64,000 nt of DNA from Moniliella sp. 'wahieum' (taxonomy: Eukaryota), in contig RSEE01000028.1 in assembly GCA_003971905.1 (NCBI GenBank), forward strand, positions 124,001-188,000, written 5' to 3'. The translations under genes and the position numbers were made by a program. Below, in pieces: positions 55,392-64,000 of this stretch. Each line of letters begins with the position of its first letter. The first letter of the stretch is position 1. The notes beneath the pieces were generated by a model. The model worked only from the letters and a program-made list of their open reading frames with translations. It searched no databases and had not been told where the DNA came from.

Positions 55392-56623
55392 ATGCCCCCC
55401 GAACTGGAAGAAAACACCCCTCCTCCCGAAGTCTCTGTCATCGAAGAGGCGCAGGACATCGACGAACCGACCACCACCCCTGTCTCCGACCCGACCTGGC
55501 AACAGGCCCTCACCGACGTCAGAGACAACCTCCTCGCAAGCACCCGCGCGTTCAAGCCCACCAGCGCTGACAATCTCCGCTCCACATGCCGCTCGTTCGC
55601 TACGGATGCACACACGGCGGCGTATGGACCGAAGAGCAAGAAAACACCGGGCGGAAAGGAAAATTGGATCTACACGCTCACCCTCGCGTTGGAGAAATAT
55701 GTATTGGCCGTTGAATTCACGAAGCCGCAAAACACCCGTGAGGCCCTTGCATCCGCGAGTGAGGACATGGCCGAGCTTCGCCACGCTGAGAAACGCGCGT
55801 CAAAAGAGATCGAGCGTACCAACGCGACGCGCAAGGACGCCTTCCGCGACCCCACCGAATATGTGCTCTGGGAGCCCTCCATCCTCAACATCCTGGACCG
55901 CATCCACCCCCCGCGAAGGACATCGTTCGCTCCGGTCCATCGTCACCACACTACGACTCGTCCCTCGATCTACGCCTCCAGAACCTTCTGTGGTCCCACC
56001 TCCCGAACGACGTTCAATCTGCCATTATTGCACAGGACAACGTTGACACGTCAGCTGACTTGCTCCGTGCCCTGCGAAACAAATACGGTACGGTCGACTG
56101 CAAGACGTATCATGAATTGTCCAGTCGCTTTCACCACTGCTACCAAAACCGGCGCAGCGGGAGCGCGTTCCTATCTGAAATGGGGACGCTCCGCAACCGG
56201 ATCAGCGCAACCACACCGATGTCGGACGAGCAATTCCGCCGTATCCTCGTCGGGGCCCTCCGCGACCCTGGTGACCGTCGCCGCCTAGAGCACATGACTC
56301 TGGCGGAGACAATGCAAGACGTGGAGAGAATCCCAGCGGACCCAGAGTACAGAATTCCGTACCGGGGCCGTCACCCCCGGACCGCCAACTCGGGCGCTGG
56401 CAAACACGACAGCGCGGGATCCCAGCAGCATAGCGGGGGTCCTCCTGCCGGTGCATCTCCCCGTAGCGGGGGTGCTCTTGCGAGAAAGCCGTCCGGCCAC
56501 ACCGGGGTTCCTTCGAACAACAAATGGCACCGCAACAGCTCCGCGCGAGCGCACATTGCCACCGAAGACGACGTCTCCGAAGGGGAGACCCTGTCTGTGG
56601 ACCTTGCCCTATCTGACAAATAG
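55392..56623 (+). CDS. gag: Copia gag ORF ending in TAG
   Basis: ATG 55392 in context GCCACCATG. One apparent missing C in the C-run at about 55907-55912 rejoins a helical capsid-like region (..SADLLRALRNKYG..FLSEM..LRNRI..MSDEQFRRILVGAL). Stop TAG at 56621-56623. Confidence 0.75.
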
Positions 56624-59600
56624 GAACTCGCGGGCAACCAGGACATCCAGTCTCGTCACGACTCGGGCGCGGATCCTAGCATCTGGAAGGATCTCAGGGT
56701 ATTCAAAACCCTCAAGCCCAGCAACCGCTCAATCGAAATCGCTGATGGAAAACATATTAAAGCCAGTGGACGCGGAACATGTAGCATCGGTATCAAGTGT
56801 ACCGACGGCAAATGTATCCATGTAGACCTACCCGGCAGTCTATACGTCCCCGGCATAGCAAGCAATCTCACGAGCGTAGCGCAAATAAGTGACGCAGGCC
56901 ACGCATCCTGGTTCGCCCCCCACCGAAAAGGTATCTGGTTAAATGACAAGCATGGCAAATATCACCAAATCGCGGATTCCTCATACAAGCTGAACATCGT
57001 CCCGAAACCGACACCCACAAACGAACACGCGGCCAAAGCTGCCGTCGCCACCCAACACACCGCAGCCAACACCATCGAGCACGTCATGTACGTTCACCAA
57101 CAGTACAACCACGCCGCGCTAGACCTACTCCCGACACTAACCGCCAACGCGCGAGCGAGCCTCCGCGTCAGCCCTGCCCAAATCCGACGCATCCGCCCCT
57201 TCTGGCATTGTCCCACCTGCACAAAAGCTCTGGCCAAAGCGCCCAGCCACCCTTCGCGCCACGGCCGCCGCATTTCGGAACGTCCTTTCGAAGTACTGCA
57301 CGCCGACGTAGTCGACCTCCCTCGCATCACTGGCATGGGACATGGATACGCCCTGGTCGCGGTTGATGACTGGAGCCGTTACACCTTCGCTGTTCCCCTA
57401 AAGACGAAAGGACAAGCCACGGCGGAGCTGAAAAAACTCATCACCCGCGAGCAACGCATCGGAAAGGACCGTCTGCTTCGCATCTTGAAGACAGACAATG
57501 CCCCCGAGCTCACCAGCGCACTCCGTCCGTTCCTTGAATCCGAAGGTATCACGACGGAAACCACCATACCAGGCCAAAGTCAATCAAATGGGGTGGCCGA
57601 GCGAGCCATCCAGGCAATCACCACACGCGCGCGCCAACTCATCATCGCCTCGGGCCTCCCGACATCAAACTGGTGGCAGGATGCCTTGCTGGCAGGGTGC
57701 TGGACGCACAACCTCATGCCACCGACATCTCCACGCCAGGGCACACAATCTCGGGCTGAGCTGTACAAGGGGTCACCCCCACCGCTGCCAATGCACGCCT
57801 TCGGATCCTTGGCGTACCTTCACCTGGCCCAGGACCAACGTGACCATAAGCTCAGTCCGCGGGCTGTCGAAGCCATGCTCGTCGGGTACGACGCAGGTCG
57901 AGGTACAAAGGGTTGGCGCTGGGCTGTGTACGACCCGTCCATGGGCACGTTCCGATCCCAATGGGCAAAACCATACAAGTGGACCCAGCGCCAATACCAC
58001 GAGGTTTTCCCCGACCGCTTTCCGCCTGACGTATCTCGCTTCCCCGCTCAACCCCTGCCTGACAGAACTATGACTGACACTGAAACCAAAAAGGGAGAAG
58101 AAAAAATGAACAAAATTGAAGTTGCAAATCCCAACACACCACCGAGAATCAACACTGATACTGACGCGACCATCGCAAGACAAAACGACACCCATCCAAC
58201 CACCCCCACCACCAGACGGTACCCCGCCCGGACCCACCAGCGCCGTTTTGACCTTGACTGGGCACAGCTCCCCGTAGCGGACGACCCTCATGATGGTGAC
58301 TTCCACGCACACGCTGCCGCGCTGCCTCCGGTTCCCCTCCCTGACGGTAGTCGTAGTCCTGCGATCGGCCTACGCTTCCCACTGCCCGACACTGCCCTGC
58401 CCGCGTACAGCGACGGTCTCCATCCGCCTGAATACAAGGCGATGATCGCCCTTAGCGAGCCAGGGCCGCACGAGCGCATCCAGCTCACCAAGGACGGAGT
58501 ACCTGTTGCACCCAAGACAATGAAGGGCCTCCAATCACACCCCTCATTCGAACCAGTGCTGGAGGCGATGCGCACGGAAATCGACACCCTAGCCCGCTAC
58601 GGCACATTCGAAGTCGTCACGCCCCCTCCAGACGCGCAGCTGCTGATTGGTCTGGCGCATCAACACCAAAACGGACGCGGACGGAAATTTCCTACGCTAC
58701 CGAGCCCGTCTCGTTGGCCGGGGGCCACCAGCAGGATGCTGACACATGGGGACAAACATTCGCCCCTGCCGTGCGCACTCCTGCCATCCTCAGCCTTATC
58801 GCCCTTGCTGGAAAGTTCGGCCTCCACCTCTTCACTGCTGATGTGCACTCTGCCTATTTGAACGCTCCCCTCACGGAAAAAGTGTACCTCCGCCCACCCC
58901 CATTCTTTCCCGAGGAAAAAGGCAAGGTCTGGCGTCTCCGGAAAAGCCTATATGGCCTCCACCAATCCGGCGCAAACTGGGCGGTATTCATCCGTGACTT
59001 GCTCCGCGGAGACATGGGTTTTGTACAATCTCTGGCTGAGCCGTGCTTGTTCATCCGACCCCGTAAAGGCGACACGGTCCTCCTTGCCGTGCACACCGAC
59101 GATCTTCTCATCGCCTGCACGTCTCACGCACGCTACGATTCCTTCCTCACTGAGATCAACACCCATATCGAGGTGCGGGGAAACGGCCCCCTACACTACC
59201 ATCTTGGCTGCCAGTACGACACCATAAACGGGAAACTGTACCTTAGCCAGCCAAAATTCATTGAGGAATCCATTGCCAAACATGAGGTTCCGCCACCCCT
59301 GGTTATGGGCCTCCCCCACCCCAGCAAGATGATCCCCGCGCGCACCGACCCCGAACCGCCCGCACTGCCCGCCGAGAGACGCGACTACAAGCCAAAGTAG
59401 GATCTGGGCTGTGGGCTGCCCGCATGTGCCGCCCTGATGCGCTGTTCGGCATCTCAGCTCTAAGCCGAGCAACTGCCGATCCCTCCAAGGCCCACCGCGC
59501 TGCGGCAACAAACTTCCTCCGCTACCTCTACGGTACCAAGGGCTACGGTCTCCGACTAACACCCGAGCCTAACGCACCCGCTCTCGCGCTATACACGGAT

Positions 59601-60095
59601 GCCGACCTGGCTGGAGACCCTGACCAATGGCGTTCCACGTCGGGATGCCTGCTTTTCGTCTACGGGGTTCCAGTGTCCTGGAGGAGCGTGCGTCAACCCA
59701 AGAGCGTCACCAACACTGCTGCGGCCGAATATACGGCGGGATATGAGGGCCTCATTGATGCGAACTACGTTAAAAACATCTTACTGGAGCTCGGTGCCAT
59801 CACCTCAGACGAGCCCATACACTGGTACTGCGACAACATGGCGGCACTTGCCTTGGCCGAAAAAGTGGGCAGCACGGGCAAACTACGTGAGCTGAACATC
59901 CGGTACCACAACGTACGCCAGCATGTCGACTCGGGCGAAGTCAAAATCGCGCACATTGCTGGAAACGAGAACCCGGCCGACATCCTCACCAAACCAGCCA
60001 CTAAGGTCTCACTCCTGGCCAACTTGCCTCGCCTCAAGCTTGAGGACGTTACAACCTTCCATCGTACTGAGACCTCTGGCCAGCGGGGGTGTTGA
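56624..60095 (+). CDS. pol: Copia pol (protease, integrase, reverse transcriptase, RNase H)
   Basis: Protease HDSGA...IADG....ASGRG...LYVPGIASNLTSV. Integrase HQQYNH/CPTC, HADVVD..VDDWSRY..KTDN..SNGVAERA. RT ARLV..GHQQ, ADVHSAYLN, LRKSLYGLHQSG..W, HTDDLL. RNase H YTDADLAG, AEY, CDN, NPADILTK. Stop lies inside the 3' LTR; frameshifts near 58650-58715 and 59390. Confidence 0.95.
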
Positions 60096-60300
60096 CCACC
60101 AGTGGTCTAGAGCCCATCGGCCTTCAGTGACACGTGGCCCGATCCACACAGTGCACCGGGGCAGTGAGTTCCGACCCTTCCACGGGTTTCCACTGGCCTC
60201 CAGGCCAGGAGCCTATCAAGGCCCATAGCTCTAGCTCTCCTTAGCTCTTGAATGCCATCTCCATCGACCATCGCCAGCATCGCTAGCTAGGCCTGTGACA
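60090..60300 (+). repeat. 3' LTR (preceded by a short G-rich PPT, CAGCGGGGG)
   Basis: Identical to the 5' LTR and followed by TSD CGCCC. Confidence 0.97.
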
Positions 60301-61622
60301 CGCCCGAACGGATCCGAACAGTGGCAGTACGACGGTGACGCGGTGACGGGGGTTAAAATTTGGTTCTCGTGATGCATGATGCGTTATGAGATAGATCGAT
60401 GGGGCTCTTCTCCATGTTGGGAGGAGGCTTGGGGATCCACTGGGGAGCTTCTGTGGGGTTTAAGTGACGTGTGTGATGTAACACCTATCTCCTGCGCCAC
60501 ACATTATTGCACTTCATTTGTCGCAATGTGGTGTGCGGGGACATGGGGACAACGGTAGCCGGTAGGCGCCGACTACTCAGGCAGGGTATGGAGTACTGGG
60601 GTACTGCGGAGAGGAGAGTGCTGGCTTACCGGTTACCAGTTACCAGTTACCAGTTACTGAGGCTACGATCTTAGTGTGGCGCGCGGCTGAGAGAGATGAG
60701 CCTCATCGCTGAGCAAGGACTAGGTTAATTTCGAAGAGGCGATTGATCGAGGTGATCAAGGTGATCGATGATCGGGCATCATGCACATCATGCATCATGC
60801 ATGCATCGTGTGGCTGGCTGGTTGGGTGCGGGGCGCGGCTGCTGATACATGATGCATGATGCATTATGCATGATGACTGATGCTGACGCTGAACCCCTGC
60901 TGCGTGTCCGATTCCCCCGACGACGGCACTGCACGGCGCTGCCCGACGGGAGCCAATCATTGGCACACTCAGCCACTCGGCCAGCTGAGATCGGAGAGTG
61001 TCATCGACATCGATCATCATCTCGATCATCGACCACCAATCGTCTACACCTTCTGTCCTTCCGCGGCACCACCGGCACCAGCCAGCTACCCCGGAGAACT
61101 TCAGTCTAGAAGGAACATTGCCCTACGCCACTTGCAACATTCAGCTGGCGATCCCTTTAGCCCCGGTGTGGCGTACGTCTCAGAGAGGCCCCACCTGCCA
61201 CATCACCCTCCCACTCCATCAGTCTCCGCCCCACCCCACGCCCCCTCTCCGATCGGCCAGACACGCCCCTCTCCCTATCGCCTCTCTCCCTCTCCCCCAT
61301 CTCCTGCCCCTTCCGTCCCCGCCAGCCAGCCACACCTCACTTCTCACACCTCCCAAAACCCAATCTGGACCCCCAGCAGCACAGTCACCAGTCACCACCA
61401 GCCACCTCTCCCCTGCTCGCCTCCGTACTCTCCCAACTCTGGAAGATCATCGGTATACACACTATACCCATCCATGCGGTATACACTCTATACCCGTCCA
61501 TGCGCTGGGGCCACCCTCCCCCCCTCATATAAGCCCTGCCCTCTACTCGCTCTCTCTTTACTGTTGCTGCCTTCATCTCCCCCGCACCTTTCCCCTCTCC
61601 AGACGGCAGCAAGTGCCTAGCC

Positions 61623-63152
61623 ATGATGGCAACCACCGTCTCCACAGCCCCCTCCGCTATCCTTCGTCCATCGCTCGTGCGCAGAGCACTACACAAGCGC
61701 AGCGCCAGCCTCGGCGCCCTCATCAGTACCGACAGCTCTTCTTTCGCCTCTTCCTCCGCTGCTGCGTCCACTGCCGTTTGTACGAATGCTGCGATGTCCG
61801 CCATCGCATCTGCCTCCAACCAACAACCCGCACGCACTTCGGATTCTGCTCCGACAATCACTCCGTCTTCCTCCAAAGAAGAGGGCCGCAGACCCCGTGA
61901 CCCTTACTATGGCTTTGCTTGTACGTCCCTATTGATTCCAGAATGTAGAATACCGCGCTCTGAACGTCTGAAGAAGACGCGTCGTCGCGACCAAAGAGAC
62001 TAATCTTACCTACACTTTTGGATGACCCTGTGCAGACATGTCGGGTTTGTCTGAGCGGTTTATCACCCTTCTTTTTGGCTGCTCCGGCCCAAGTTGTGAT
62101 AGGCCGCCTGCAACACAGGAACCGACATCGGCAACACAGTTGGCCACCCCACCACCGCTGGCGTCCTTTGTTGCCTATGCGCTGTACCGGACTCGTCTGC
62201 CAAACGAATAAGCTACCAAGCTCTTTACCTCCTAATGCGGCTTAAGCAGTACTTCCCCAATGCGCGCGGAAGCAATGGACACTCTTTGTACATCACTGCA
62301 CTCATGCTGGCAAGCAAGTCTCTGTGCGATGACACCTACAGCAACAAGAGTTGGACCATCGTCGGTCAGGCCTTTCTCTCTCGCTCAGCTCAACCACATG
62401 GAGCGCGAACTGCTTGGCTTTCTCAATTACAACGTCAACGTTGACCCCCCGAGTTGCGTGCCTTACCAACGCAATCACCAACCCCACCATTGATTTGGCG
62501 CAATACCTCTACTTTGCTTGCATTGCGCATCAACCGTCCCTCTGCCAATACCACTCTCTGTGCCTCACCCTCCGCCCGGAACCCTACCAGGGCAGCATAC
62601 GAGCCCCATTGCCTCCCAGCGGATTCCCGTCACAGCTTGGACCATAACCCAGGCAGGGAAGGGCATGTCTCAATTCAAACTGAGACGGCTTCGTCTGGAG
62701 CAGCGCGAAGAACCTCTGCTGAATCCTGGGTAATGGAAGGGCAGGGGCCTCAACGAGGTGCATGCCTTTCCACGCTCTCGGCCACGTCGAACCAAGAAAC
62801 TGTGCCCGTCCGGGGGGTAGACAAAATCCCTTCCGTCGCCATGTCAACAGTGCGCTGTGAACCGTATCCAGTGACGACTGCACCCTACCCTATGCCGACA
62901 CACAACATCCCTTGGTCCACAAGAACAAGTGATGAGTTAAGCATCTCGGATATGCCGCGTCTTTCGTGCTCCTCGGAGGCTAGCACAACATCGGAATTGA
63001 CCGCGCTCGAGATGCCATCGTCTCCGTCCTCTTCGTGGAATCACGGAATGGTTCCAGAGCTACAGGGGCCACAGGACACATGCGTGGATGCCACCCCCCA
63101 CTCGCACAATGCGTTCCGCCAAGTGGCCACGAGGCTTGTCCCTGCCTCTTGA
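61623..63152 (+). CDS. Pho85-type (Pcl/Clg1/Pho80-like) cyclin
   Basis: RDPYYGFA|YMSGLSERFI with intron 61921-62035 (GTACGT...ACTAAT...CAG). Cyclin box: LASFVAYALYRTRL, LLMRLKQYFPNARGSNGHSLYITALMLASKSLCDDTYSNKSWTIV, LNHMERELLGFLNY. Disordered C-tail. Confidence 0.88.
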
Positions 63153-64000
63153 TGCACTTCCTGTACACTATGCCTGTAGGCTATACTCTCTTTTTCATCT
63201 CTTAATTTTCCCTTTAATCTCCGCGGCTCCCCTGTTGTTGCATCCACGTGTTGCTCCATGTACACCACATGTATGCCACCCTCTTTTACGCTCTCTGTGT
63301 CCTGGGGGAGGCGCATTTGAAATGCGACTTCCTCACAATACCTTTCGTAAGGACATATGCTGTGGGAGGCTATTGGCGCCGTTCCTCTTTCCTCTGTTGC
63401 ACCATTTCTCGTGGGGAGCTTGCATTTTCTCCTCGCGTTGATTGATCCCCTTGACTTTTGAGGCCGTTGTAATCTATCTATCCTCTGTTCTCACCCTATA
63501 CGTTCTTCCACACAACAGGTCCACAGGTTGGAGAGAGGCTGATATGCATGGTAATAGAGACGCTAAGGGTCGCACCTCATCCGTCGTATATTATGTGTTG
63601 TTGATGGAGGGGCGTTTCTTCCGTACGTTCAACTTCATATACCACCACCCTTCCACAACTTATAACATAACAACGGATGCTGGTGGGGAGGCGCGGGGAT
63701 AGGGGATTCGGTGACGCGCGGATTCTATTTTTGTAGCAGACATTGGCGGGGATATAAGTTGGACCTTATGTGCTTTTGACAAAGCGGCTATTAGTGACGC
63801 GTGACGCCAAACGATCGGACACTAAGAGAGGATGGTGGAGAACTCGCTATATTGCTCGCTATTATAATCATCGGTGGCCGGCTACCCCGGCTACCCACGG
63901 AGAGTTAGCGACTGATTTCTTGTTTTTTCGTTGGCGGCCACAAGGCCATCTCCACACCACACCACACCATATGGCAAGTGGAACTGCCTGGAACTGCTCT

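Larger units (their letters stand above)
55034..60300 (+). mobile_element. Complete Ty1/copia LTR retrotransposon (about 5.27 kb)
   Basis: Two identical 211-bp LTRs with TG...CA ends, 5-bp TSD CGCCC (55029-55033 and 60301-60305), domain order gag-PR-IN-RT-RH. Confidence 0.98.

Noticed and set aside
55900..55920. Programmed frameshift inside gag
   Set aside because: It lies mid-capsid in a C6 homopolymer with no slippery heptamer; a missing C matches the window-wide error pattern.

Overview
Eukaryotic, gene-dense and intron-poor fungal DNA. It is most likely a basidiomycete of the Ustilaginomycotina/Exobasidiomycete type; this is inferred from protein similarity and GT(A/G)NG.. ..CTRAC/CTRAY..YAG introns. 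Gene order: AUR1/IPC1 (partial), PIS1, PSR1-type FCP/SCP phosphatase, cytosolic Ile-tRNA synthetase, acetyl-CoA synthetase, ATM1 ABC transporter, Cys-type arylsulfatase, a large conserved hypothetical protein, an SDR, a GH20 beta-hexosaminidase, an orphan ORF, SYF2, a decayed casein kinase I copy, RPA12, an SPT23/MGA2-like factor, RAS1, a complete Ty1/copia LTR retrotransposon and a Pcl/Pho80-type cyclin. Nearly every gene, essential ones included, carries single-base frameshifts, which points to an unpolished long-read assembly, so CDS boundaries are approximate. Main highlights: (1) the copia element has identical 211-bp LTRs, a 5-bp TSD, a single in-frame UAG between gag and pol (candidate stop-codon readthrough), and a non-TGG primer-binding site that looks complementary to a GUA (Tyr) anticodon stem-loop; (2) the CK1 copy has real internal deletions that remove catalytic motifs; (3) PIS1 and AUR1, two sequential enzymes, are adjacent; (4) intergenic DNA is repeatedly built from short palindromic slipped repeats.
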